This document shows positions 10,646-19,058 of a stretch of 64,000 bases of DNA, in pieces. Position 1 is the stretch's first letter, and each line of letters opens with the position of its first letter. The stretch is from Burkholderiales bacterium (GTDB lineage Bacteria > Patescibacteriota > Minisyncoccia > Phycocordibacterales > UBA9973), in the NCBI GenBank assembly GCA_023701005.1, contig JAMPXW010000002.1, forward strand, positions 113,053 through 177,052, in the 5' to 3' direction. The position numbers and the translations under genes were made by a program. The notes beneath the pieces were generated by a model. It saw only the letters and a list, made by a program, of their open reading frames with translations. It was not told the DNA's origin and ran no database searches.

Positions 10646-11566
10646 TTAAATCTTTTTAGGGAAAATAACAGATAATATTATAGATGAAAAAAGAGCAAAC
10701 ATTATAACTCCAAAAGAAAGAAGTGAAGAAATATGCAAACCGAATATTCCAGAAAGCATCTTTAAACCAATAAAAAGCAAAATGAAAGCTAATCCTTTTT
10801 GTAAATGATGAAAACGATGTAAAACATTTTCTATTAAGAAAAACAAAGCACGAAGACCCATAATGGCAAGAATGTTTGAAGTAAAAACAATAAATAAGTT
10901 TTGAGAAATCGCAAAAACAGCGGGGATAGAATCAACGGCAAAAATAATATCTGTGGCTTCCACCAAAAGAACTATCATAAACAAAGAAGTAAAATAAAAC
11001 TTACCATTTTCTCGAACGAAAAATCTACCATTGTGATGACTATTTGTGAACGGCAGAATTTTATGCGCAAATTTTATTACTTTATTATTATTAAAATCTA
11101 TATGTTCTTCTTTTTTATCTTTTAATAATTTTATACCTGTATACAAAAGCACTGCACCAAAAATATATAATACCCAATAAAACTGATGAATAATATAGGC
11201 CCCTGCTCCTATAAAAATTCCTCGGAAAACGATGGCACCTAAAATACCCCAAAACAATGCTTTGTGATGATATTTTTCTTCTAATTTAAAGAAACTGAAT
11301 ATAAGCATTATCACAAAGAGATTATCTACGGAAAGCATCTTTTCTGTGACATAAGCGCTGATGAATTCAGCTGCCAACTCTTTACTCATATATAAAGAAA
11401 CAAGAAAACCAAACACGAGAGCTATGGCAATCCAAAATAAAGATTGATAAAGCGCTTCTTTAAATTCTATTTTATGACTTTTTCTATTGAAATAGCCTAG
11501 GTCAACAGCCAAAAAACCTACGATGATGACAGTAAATAAAATCATTAAATTACTTTGAGCTTCCAT
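10646..11566 (-). CDS. TerC family integral membrane protein
   Basis: 306 aa multi-TM; 'EKMLSVDNLFVIMLIF' TerC motif. Confidence 0.7.
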   Translation of the reverse strand: MEAQSNLMILFTVIIVGFLAVDLGYFNRKSHKIEFKEALYQSLFWIAIALVFGFLVSLYMSKELAAEFISAYVTEKMLSVDNLFVIMLIFSFFKLEEKYHHKALFWGILGAIVFRGIFIGAGAYIIHQFYWVLYIFGAVLLYTGIKLLKDKKEEHIDFNNNKVIKFAHKILPFTNSHHNGRFFVRENGKFYFTSLFMIVLLVEATDIIFAVDSIPAVFAISQNLFIVFTSNILAIMGLRALFFLIENVLHRFHHLQKGLAFILLFIGLKMLSGIFGLHISSLLSFGVIMFALFSSIILSVIFPKKI

Positions 11567-11600
11567 GGTGATAGATTATAACATATATCATAAATAAATT

Positions 11601-11640
11601 TACAAAATAAAAAGTCCGGTTGATAAAAACAACCGGACTT
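11601..11640 (-). terminator. rho-independent terminator after receiver gene
   Basis: perfect 11-bp stem AAGTCCGGTTG/CAACCGGACTT with 7-nt loop, U-run on minus strand. Confidence 0.6.
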
Positions 11641-11646
11641 CGAAAA

Positions 11647-12030
11647 TTACTTACTAAGCACTTCTTCGATCTTTTGTTTGAAAAGTGAAAAATCGAAAGG
11701 TGTAAAAATTAAATTATTAAAATCATTCTTTGCTACACTTTTAACATTTTCTTCTATCCGGTTTGACGCTATACCTATAACTGGCGTCTTATTTATACGA
11801 ATATCCGAATCTCCTCTTATCTTTTTTATAAGAGTTGTGTTGTGGCAATGAACATTCCAATCGCTTAGAACAAGCTTGTAATTACTATTTTCTCTTAATT
11901 TATTAATAGCATCCAAGCCATCGCTAGCTTCAACAAAATTAGTAAAATTAAGATTTTTTAATGAATTGCTAATACTTTTTCTTTTTTCAACCGAAGAACC
12001 TACAACTAAAATAACGCCACTCATTTGCAA
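11647..12030 (-). CDS. stand-alone CheY-like response-regulator receiver domain protein
   Basis: 127 aa; 'LVLSDWNV' phospho-acceptor Asp context, conserved Lys near C-terminus. Confidence 0.7.
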   Translation of the reverse strand: MQMSGVILVVGSSVEKRKSISNSLKNLNFTNFVEASDGLDAINKLRENSNYKLVLSDWNVHCHNTTLIKKIRGDSDIRINKTPVIGIASNRIEENVKSVAKNDFNNLIFTPFDFSLFKQKIEEVLSK

Positions 12031-12043
12031 CCTCCCTCGCTTA

Positions 12044-12292
12044 TTATTTGTTGGATTTAGATAAAGAAAAGCATTCTACTTTAAACACTTCTCTCTTTTT
12101 AGTATTTCGTGTAATTTTAATAAAAAAATTTTTTTCCTCTTCTTTAAATTTTTTATTCACTCTTTTCTGACATTCTTTCATGTCAAAAGATTCATGAACT
12201 GTAAAATTAAAGAATTCTCCAAATCTCATTTCTAAAAAAAATCTAGGATCCTTTATGGTATCCCAAAATAAAACTAATCCTGTTTCTAACAT
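12044..12292 (-). CDS. hypothetical small protein
   Basis: 82-aa ORF, no motif. Confidence 0.25.
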   Translation of the reverse strand: MLETGLVLFWDTIKDPRFFLEMRFGEFFNFTVHESFDMKECQKRVNKKFKEEEKNFFIKITRNTKKREVFKVECFSLSKSNK

Positions 12293-12366
12293 TTTATCTC
12301 CAAAATTAAATTAACAAAGTTACAATTTATTTATTAAAAAATACCATTTTAAAAGATATAAGTCAA

Positions 12367-12383
12367 TGTGCGCCGGGTAGGAA
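12367..12383. repeat. partial direct copy of the tRNA-Tyr 3' end (16 bp, TGTGCGCCGGGTAGGA)
   Basis: identical to 12535-12550 at the 3' end of tRNA-Tyr; att-site-like remnant. Confidence 0.5.
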
Positions 12384-12500
12384 TTTCTATCCTTACAAGA
12401 TCAGTACACCTTTTCAATTTCGCTATGCAAAATAATGAAAAGCTTTTCGAATACTACACAAAAGCCAAACATTTGGCTTTCTCTCGGCGAGACATAAATT

Positions 12501-12528
12501 AAAAAGCTTGAGCAAAAGCTCAGCTTTT
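12501..12528. terminator. bidirectional rho-independent terminator at tRNA-Tyr 3' end
   Basis: GCTTGAGC-AAAA-GCTCAGC hairpin flanked by T/A runs. Confidence 0.55.
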
Positions 12529-12535
12529 AATTTTG

Positions 12536-12618
12536 TGCGCCGGGTAGGATTCGAACCTACGTAGCCCGAAGGCGACAGATTTACAGTCTGTTGTAATTGA
12601 CCACTCTACCACCGACGC
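12536..12618 (-). tRNA. tRNA-Tyr (GTA), class II with long variable arm
   Basis: manual fold: acceptor GCGTCGG/CCGGCGC, anticodon loop CUGUAAA, T-loop GTTCGAATC, long variable arm; no encoded CCA. Confidence 0.85.
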
Positions 12619-12735
12619 GTTTATATAAAATAACATAAAAAATATTTTTTTGCATCTTTTTTTTAAAAATTGACTTTTAAAAACAAAGTTGTAAAGTTTA
12701 AATAAATAAACAGCTTTTTGAAAAAGGAGAATAAA

Positions 12736-12885
12736 ATGGAAAAGACATTATTTTTCGGTAGAATAATTGTTTTCTGGATATTTCTACTATTCTTGGCAAT
12801 AACCATAATAGTAGCTTTTATCCCCTACTTCGTCTGCTCATCTTTAGATAAACAAAAAAACTTTAATGGTTTTGATTTTTCTTAA
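12736..12885 (+). CDS. small hydrophobic single-TM peptide (49 aa)
   Basis: ATG 7 nt after AGGAGA; MEKTLFFGRIIVFWIFLLFLAITIIVAFIPYFVCSSLDKQKNFNGFDFS; not in ORF track (short). Confidence 0.35.
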   Translation: MEKTLFFGRIIVFWIFLLFLAITIIVAFIPYFVCSSLDKQKNFNGFDFS

Positions 12886-12913
12886 AAATAACAAAAACTA
12901 AAATGAGGTTCGT

Positions 12914-13819
12914 ATGGAGAACAAAAGAAAATTATTTTTAGTAATAGAAGATGACTATGCATCTTCTAAGCTATTACATAATTATTTGAATTACGGTAGT
13001 TTTGATTCAATTATCGTCAGTTCTGAAATACAAGTTTGGGATATTTTAGAGAAAAAAGAAATATCAATCATTCTTGTTGATGAAGAATACACCCAAAACA
13101 AATTATTTCTAGAAAAAATAATTCAGCATCCAAAAACACAAAATATTTCTATCCTAATTATTGGAGTAGATTATGAATTACAAAAAATCACCCTAGTAAA
13201 AGAAATTGATTATTTTATGCAAAATGAAGAATCTTTCAAAGATTACATAAATATGGAAGATCTTCATTGTAAACTTGAATCAATTTTTAATTCAGGTAAA
13301 GAAATTGGAAATATCTTAGAGAACATTCACGTTACTGAAAAAAAATCCCAAAAAATCCTTTTGGCTGAAGATTATAAACATTCTCAGCTGATATTAGTTA
13401 GGCTCTTAAAAAACATGGGTTTAGAAAATGTTATTGTTGCTGAAAATGGGGAAGAGGCTTTGAAATTAGCTGCATTAAATCATTTTGATTTAATGCTTAT
13501 CGATATGCAAATGCCAATAATGAATGGATTTGAAGCCACCAAAAAAATACGATTATTGGATAAATATAAAGAAACTCCAATAATCGCACTCACTGCCTTC
13601 GCAATGAGAGGCGACAGAGAAAAATGTATTGAAGCTGGAGCCACAGACTACCTAGCAAAACCGATCGATAGTAATGATTTTAAAGTTAAATTAAATTACT
13701 ATCTTGATTTACTAACATCCCAAAAAGGTATTTTAGTAGAAGATCGTTCTACTATCAAAAAAGAATTGATTGTACTAAATTTCAAAAATTCTTTTTGCCG
13801 AGCAGAAGCTCATGCATAG
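12914..13819 (+). CDS. tandem receiver-domain protein (first REC degenerate, second canonical), no output domain
   Basis: second domain 'KILLAEDY...LMLIDMQMPIMNG...IIALTAFAM...DYLAKPI'; first domain keeps DD/D but lacks Thr/Lys consensus. Confidence 0.7.
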   Translation: MENKRKLFLVIEDDYASSKLLHNYLNYGSFDSIIVSSEIQVWDILEKKEISIILVDEEYTQNKLFLEKIIQHPKTQNISILIIGVDYELQKITLVKEIDYFMQNEESFKDYINMEDLHCKLESIFNSGKEIGNILENIHVTEKKSQKILLAEDYKHSQLILVRLLKNMGLENVIVAENGEEALKLAALNHFDLMLIDMQMPIMNGFEATKKIRLLDKYKETPIIALTAFAMRGDREKCIEAGATDYLAKPIDSNDFKVKLNYYLDLLTSQKGILVEDRSTIKKELIVLNFKNSFCRAEAHA

Positions 13820-13832
13820 TGTTTCTTAATCG

Positions 13833-13870
13833 AATAGCCGTTGGTCAATGACCAACGGCTATTTTTATTT
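13833..13870. terminator. bidirectional rho-independent terminator between convergent genes
   Basis: perfect 13-bp inverted repeat TAGCCGTTGGTCA/TGACCAACGGCTA followed by TTTTTATTTT. Confidence 0.7.
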
Positions 13871-16543
13871 TTCCAGAACTTTTACTTTTAATAATTTCTT
13901 CTTTCCCTTCCTAGTTTCAATAAAAATATCTTTATCCTTTACAGAAACATAAACACTATCTCCTTTTTGCAAATTATTAGAAATAATAAACGAAGCAACT
14001 GGATTTAATATCTTATTTTGAATTAAACGATTAAGTGGCCTTGCGCCATAATGTGGATCATATCCTTCTTTTGCTAAATAAGAAAATGCTTCATCTTTTA
14101 TATTCAATTCTATACCCTTTGCCAAAAGTCTTTCTTTTACCACATTTATTCTCAAACTGACTATCTCTTTTATCGATTCCAAAGAAAGAATATCAAAAAC
14201 GATAATTTCATCTAAGCGATTTATAAACTCAGGACGAAAATGATCTTTCATCGCTTCCATGACTTTCTCTTTCATGTTACTATAATCTTCCTTATCAGAT
14301 TTATTAGAAAAACCGATTGATTCCATCTTCTCTATAAATTGAGAACCAATGTTAGAAGTGAGGATGATGATAGTATTTTTAAAATTAACAACTCTACCCT
14401 TTCCGTCTGTTAATCTTCCTTCATCTATTACTTGCAAAAGAGTATTAAAAACTTCTGGATGAGCTTTTTCAATTTCATCAAAAAGTATCACAGAAAAAGG
14501 ACGATGTCTCACAGATTCTGTAAGCTGCCCCGCTTCGTCATATCCCACATATCCAGGAGGAGAACCTATAAGCTTAGAAATAGAATGCTTCTCCATGTAT
14601 TCAGACATATCTACACGGATAAGCGCACTGTCATCATTAAACATAAATTGAGCTATAGCTTTCGTAAGCTCTGTCTTTCCCACACCCGTAGGTCCCAAGA
14701 AAATAAAAGAACCATTGGGCCTATTTGGATCACCAATACCAGCACGAGATCGACGTATAGCATCAGCCACACGTTTGATGGCTTCATCTTGCCCAACGAC
14801 TCTTTTCTTTAATTCTTCTTCAATCCTTTGCAATTTTATTCTGTCTTCTTCAAGCATCTTGGTAAGAGGTACTCCAGTCCAACGAGCCACGACTTCTGCA
14901 ATATCTTCAGCTGTCACTTCTTCTTTCAAAATTCTTCTAGATTTTTGTAATTTCTTCAGGCGCAAAAGTTTTGTATCCAATTCTTTTTTCAAAGTAGGAA
15001 TCTTTCCATAACGAATCTCTGCTGCTAAAGATAAATCAGCTCTCATTTCAGCATCTTCAGCTAACAAACGCAAAGAATCTAACTCTTTTTTTATGGCACG
15101 AATCTCTACTACTGTGTCTTTCTCATTTTGCCATTTTAATTCTAATTCTTTTGTTTTCTCATGAAGGTTAGCTATCTCTTTATCAATTTCTTTTATCCTG
15201 CTTTTATTTATTTTATTTTCTTCTTTGGAGCTATTATCAATCTCTTTTTTCAATGCTTCCTTTTCTATTTCCAAACGCATTATCTTTCTGTGTGCATCTT
15301 CTAAAATAGGTGGTTTGTTTTCTAAAGCTATTTTTAATGAAGAAGAAGCTTCATCTATTAGGTCTACAGCTTTGTCAGGTAAAAATCTGCTAGTCACATA
15401 ACGAGTAGATAAATTTACAGCAGAAACAATAGCATCATCTGTAATTCGCACGCCATGAAAAAGCTCATACTTTTCTTTTAATCCACGAAGTATCGTAATA
15501 GCATCTTCCACACTTGGTTCTTCTATATATACTGGTTGAAATCTACGAGCAAGCGCAGGATCTTTCTCTATGTGTTTTTGATATTCTTTTAAAGTTGTAG
15601 CACCTATCGCTCTCAATTCTCCACGAGATAAAGCTGGTTTTAACATATTAGAAGCATCCATAGTGCCTTCAGAACCACCTGCTCCTACTATCGTATGTAT
15701 CTCATCAATAAATAAAATTATTTTCCCATCAGCTCTTTCAATCTCTTTCATTATGCCCTTCAATCTTTCTTCAAATTCTCCCCTATACTTTGTTCCAGCA
15801 ATGAGTAAACCTAAATCTAAAGAAACTAATTCTTTGTCTTTCAAAGATTCAGGAACATTGTTTTTAGCTATTCTCTCTGCCAAACCTTCCACAACTGCAG
15901 TCTTTCCTGTGCCTGCTTCTCCTATCAAGATAGGATTGTTCTTTGTTCTACGAGAAAGAATCTGAACAATACGCATTATCTCATTGTCTCGTCCTATCAC
16001 TGGGTCTAATTTATCTTCTTTTGCTAATTTAGTTAGATTACGAGTATATTTTAAAATTAATTTAAATTTCTTAGGTTCTGAATTTTCTGTAACATTTTGG
16101 TTACGCAACTCTTCCAACACTTTTACAACTGGCTCTTTAAGAATTTTAAATCTTGCTAAAACTTCTCTGGCTTCTCCTGTTACATCCAACATGGCTATAA
16201 AAAGATGTTCAGTAGAAACGAAATCATCTTTCATGTATTCTGCTAATTTTACTGAATGCTCTATAACTTGAGCTAGGTCTGGATTTAAATATATTTGATA
16301 TGCAGGAGAAAGAGTACTTTGTGATTCAGGAGATTCTATGGCTTCCAGGATATTTTCTGTTAAAAACATCGTATCTATTTCCAATTTATCTAAAATAGCA
16401 TTCACTATACTTTCCTCTTGCAATAAAAGTGCTGCCAAAAGATGCATAGAAGAAACGTGGTTTTGGCCACGCTCAATAGCTAGCTCGTGAGCTTTTTTGA
16501 TAGATTCTTTTGCTTTAGTTGTAAATTTATTAAGTGGTGGCAT
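13865..16543 (-). CDS. clpB: ATP-dependent chaperone ClpB
   Basis: 892 aa; Clp_N repeats, two AAA+ modules (Walker A 'GEAGTGKT' and 'GPTGVGKT'), long coiled-coil M-domain. Confidence 0.9.
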   Translation of the reverse strand: MPPLNKFTTKAKESIKKAHELAIERGQNHVSSMHLLAALLLQEESIVNAILDKLEIDTMFLTENILEAIESPESQSTLSPAYQIYLNPDLAQVIEHSVKLAEYMKDDFVSTEHLFIAMLDVTGEAREVLARFKILKEPVVKVLEELRNQNVTENSEPKKFKLILKYTRNLTKLAKEDKLDPVIGRDNEIMRIVQILSRRTKNNPILIGEAGTGKTAVVEGLAERIAKNNVPESLKDKELVSLDLGLLIAGTKYRGEFEERLKGIMKEIERADGKIILFIDEIHTIVGAGGSEGTMDASNMLKPALSRGELRAIGATTLKEYQKHIEKDPALARRFQPVYIEEPSVEDAITILRGLKEKYELFHGVRITDDAIVSAVNLSTRYVTSRFLPDKAVDLIDEASSSLKIALENKPPILEDAHRKIMRLEIEKEALKKEIDNSSKEENKINKSRIKEIDKEIANLHEKTKELELKWQNEKDTVVEIRAIKKELDSLRLLAEDAEMRADLSLAAEIRYGKIPTLKKELDTKLLRLKKLQKSRRILKEEVTAEDIAEVVARWTGVPLTKMLEEDRIKLQRIEEELKKRVVGQDEAIKRVADAIRRSRAGIGDPNRPNGSFIFLGPTGVGKTELTKAIAQFMFNDDSALIRVDMSEYMEKHSISKLIGSPPGYVGYDEAGQLTESVRHRPFSVILFDEIEKAHPEVFNTLLQVIDEGRLTDGKGRVVNFKNTIIILTSNIGSQFIEKMESIGFSNKSDKEDYSNMKEKVMEAMKDHFRPEFINRLDEIIVFDILSLESIKEIVSLRINVVKERLLAKGIELNIKDEAFSYLAKEGYDPHYGARPLNRLIQNKILNPVASFIISNNLQKGDSVYVSVKDKDIFIETRKGKKKLLKVKVLEK

Positions 16544-16607
16544 AAGATAAATTATAAAGTTAAAAGTTTATAAATGTAAAATTGATTATTAAAAAGATAT
16601 TAAAAAC

Positions 16608-17387
16608 TTATGGAGTTTTAGTTTCTACTTTAACATCTTTTGCTTTCAATGATTCTAAAATAGAATCGATAGAAGCGAAAGAATTAGAATCTGATGACAA
16701 AGCTATTCCCAAGACTTCTCCATCCAAATTTAGAACCATAGCTCCACCGTTTGATTTTGTGACATTTATTTTTATGTCTTTATCCCCTTCAAAAATAAAA
16801 GAAGAAATTGTGCTACCTAAAACTAATATTTTCTGTCCAATTTTCATTTTGCTTAAATCTCCAAAAACTGGAACCGTGTAAGATATTTTATTTTTCTCAT
16901 CAATAGGTGCGCCTATCTTAATTAAAGAAAAACCATTTTTACTTGAAGAAACAAAAGAAGCTTTAAATTTACCACTAGAATTCTTTACAAAATAAGTTCC
17001 CCCTTCGTAGACAGAAGAACTATCAGTGACAATAATACCTTCATTGGATATTACGAAACCTTTTCCAGCTGAAACTTCAATTATATTACCTATCTCATCT
17101 TGTGCATCTTTTGTTATAGAAAAGACAGAAGCTTCATTTTTTGCAATAGCATCTACAACTAAATCTTCCTCCTTAATAATGACTGTCTGAACTGTATCTT
17201 TACCAGGAAGAGAAGGAACTATTTTCTCTACTGTTTGACGTACTATACGATTAATAGGCACCGTCACAGAAGAAGGTGCTTGTTGCATCAAGGTAACAGT
17301 CGTTATGCCTGTCGCTATGGATGTGATAAATGAAAGCAATAATGCCAACAATATAAGTTGTGATTTATTTAAATCTTTAACGTCCAT
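16608..17387 (-). CDS. membrane-anchored trypsin-like (HtrA/S1C-like) domain protein with all three catalytic residues substituted
   Basis: 'GKGFVISNEGIIVTDSSSV' (His->Ser), 'NGFSLIKI' (Asp->Asn), 'KSNGGAMVLNLDGEVLGIA' (Ser->Asn) vs HtrA 'TNNHVV','DIALLK','GNSGGPL'; no PDZ. Confidence 0.55.
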   Translation of the reverse strand: MDVKDLNKSQLILLALLLSFITSIATGITTVTLMQQAPSSVTVPINRIVRQTVEKIVPSLPGKDTVQTVIIKEEDLVVDAIAKNEASVFSITKDAQDEIGNIIEVSAGKGFVISNEGIIVTDSSSVYEGGTYFVKNSSGKFKASFVSSSKNGFSLIKIGAPIDEKNKISYTVPVFGDLSKMKIGQKILVLGSTISSFIFEGDKDIKINVTKSNGGAMVLNLDGEVLGIALSSDSNSFASIDSILESLKAKDVKVETKTP

Positions 17388-17390
17388 AAA

Positions 17391-18569
17391 TCAATTATAC
17401 CACTTTTTTAACTTTAACAAAATTTGAGATAAAACTTTTAAAGTATAATCTATATCTTCTTTTTTTGTATTTTTACCCAAAGAAAAACGAAGACCTCCAA
17501 TCTCCTTCTGCGGAAGCAAGGCTTCTGCAGAATGCAAAGCTTCTATAACATAAGAACCTTCTTTGTTGGAACTTTTACAAGCACTCTTTGAAGATGTCAT
17601 CACACCCTTAGCAGACAATTCGAGCACCAAAAGATCACTCGGGATTTTATTAAATGTCACATTTATGTTGTTTGGCAATCTATTCTCCAGATCTCCATTT
17701 AAAAAACAACCAAATTTAATAATTTTTTTAATAAAATAATCTCTTAATTTTATTAAACGTTTATTTTCTTTTTCACTACCTTCTATAGTAGATTTCAATG
17801 CTTTAGATAATTTTAATATTTCTGGTAGATTTTCTGTACCTCCTCTTAATCCCATCTCTTGATCACCACCACCAAACAAAGGCGAGAGCTTCACGTTTCT
17901 CTTTTTATAAAGCACTCCTATTCTTCCTGCCCTCTCTATTTTAGTTCCTGAAATAGATAATAAATCTACGCCCAATCTTTCAACATTCACATCCAAATAA
18001 TTTATCGCTTGCACAGCATCTGTATGGAACAGGCAAGGCCTGTCTTTTAACAGGCCTTGCCTGTTATTTTTATTAAAATGTCTAATCTCTTTTGCTATTT
18101 CTCTAATAGGCTGAATCGTGCCTATCTCATTATTTGCATACATCACAGACACAAGGACAGTGTTCCCTTTCAACTCTTTTCTAATTTTTTTAGGATCTAA
18201 TATTCCATTTTCTTCTACTGGCAATATTGTTATCTCTGCTAGTTTTCTTTTTTCAAGAATTTTAAATGTTTCCAAAACAGAAGGATGTTCAATATTGGTA
18301 GTTATTATATGAGGTTTAATTTTGTTAGAATTTTTTTCTAAAAAAGAATAAACAGCACCTTGTATGGCAAGGTTGTTGCTTTCCGTACCACCACTAGTAA
18401 AAAATACTTCATCATCATGAGCTCCCAACACCAAAGCTACTTCTTTTCTTGCTTTTTGTAGATCTTTTTTAGCTTTTACGCCGAGAGAATGTATCGAACT
18501 TGGATTAGGCAGGACAGAAGCTGCGTAATCTAAATATATATTCTTTAATTTTCGGTTTGATTTTGCCAT
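17391..18569 (-). CDS. cysteine desulfurase / class-V aminotransferase (IscS/NifS family)
   Basis: 'FFTSGGTESNNLAI', 'LFHTDAVQAI', PLP-Lys region 'SISGTKI'; 392 aa. Confidence 0.75.
   Translation of the reverse strand: MAKSNRKLKNIYLDYAASVLPNPSSIHSLGVKAKKDLQKARKEVALVLGAHDDEVFFTSGGTESNNLAIQGAVYSFLEKNSNKIKPHIITTNIEHPSVLETFKILEKRKLAEITILPVEENGILDPKKIRKELKGNTVLVSVMYANNEIGTIQPIREIAKEIRHFNKNNRQGLLKDRPCLFHTDAVQAINYLDVNVERLGVDLLSISGTKIERAGRIGVLYKKRNVKLSPLFGGGDQEMGLRGGTENLPEILKLSKALKSTIEGSEKENKRLIKLRDYFIKKIIKFGCFLNGDLENRLPNNINVTFNKIPSDLLVLELSAKGVMTSSKSACKSSNKEGSYVIEALHSAEALLPQKEIGGLRFSLGKNTKKEDIDYTLKVLSQILLKLKKWYN
18028..18065. repeat. perfect 16-bp inverted repeat with 6-nt loop, embedded in-frame in cysteine desulfurase CDS
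   Basis: AACAGGCAAGGCCTGT-CTTTTA-ACAGGCCTTGCCTGTT; ~55 % GC in a ~30 % GC genome; encodes 'NRQGLLKDRPC', an apparent insertion relative to IscS 'HGVLFHVDA' region. Confidence 0.7.
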
Positions 18570-18593
18570 TAAAATAGTATATATTGAAAACGT

Positions 18594-19049
18594 ATGAATA
18601 CAAAGCTCGAAGCTGTTTTTTTTATTGTTTTCTTAATTACTATTCTAATAGGCGCTATTTGGATTATTCGAACAGAAAAACGCTTAAAAAGATTTTTTGC
18701 TGGTAAGAAAGGAAAAGATTTAGAAGAAAATATAATTCTTTTAGAAAAAAATATAGCCAATCTAGAATCAGCAAAAACAAAAATAGAAAAAGAGCTTATA
18801 GAAGTAAATAATAAATTGAAAAAAAGCATAAGAGGCATGGAGACAATAAGATTCAATCCATTTCCTGATCAAGGAAGCAATCAAAGTTTTGCTGTAGGAA
18901 TGTTAAACGAAGATGGAGATGGTGTTGTATTTTCTAGTCTATATTCTCGTGAACGAATGAGTGTATTTGCTAAACCTATCAAAAACGGAAAATCAGAATA
19001 TGAACTTACCGCAGAAGAAAAAGAAGTATTGAGTAAAGCAAAAGTATAG
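18594..19049 (+). CDS. DUF4446-family membrane protein
   Basis: N-terminal TM, 'IRFNPFPDQGSNQSFAVGMLNEDGDGVVFSSL' motif. Confidence 0.45.
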   Translation: MNTKLEAVFFIVFLITILIGAIWIIRTEKRLKRFFAGKKGKDLEENIILLEKNIANLESAKTKIEKELIEVNNKLKKSIRGMETIRFNPFPDQGSNQSFAVGMLNEDGDGVVFSSLYSRERMSVFAKPIKNGKSEYELTAEEKEVLSKAKV

Positions 19050-19058
19050 TAAAAAAAT

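Noticed and set aside
12401-12480. Tiny plus-strand ORF (MQNNEKLFEYYTKAKHLAFSRRDIN) between the tRNA-Tyr repeat and tRNA-Tyr
   Set aside because: It is 25 aa with no RBS and contains a hairpin (AAAGCCAAA/TTTGGCTTT). It is more likely part of the tRNA-Tyr trailer/terminator region.
16582-16881. 99-aa plus-strand ORF overlapping the 3' end of the HtrA-like gene
   Set aside because: It is antisense to a motif-supported gene and has no RBS or motif.
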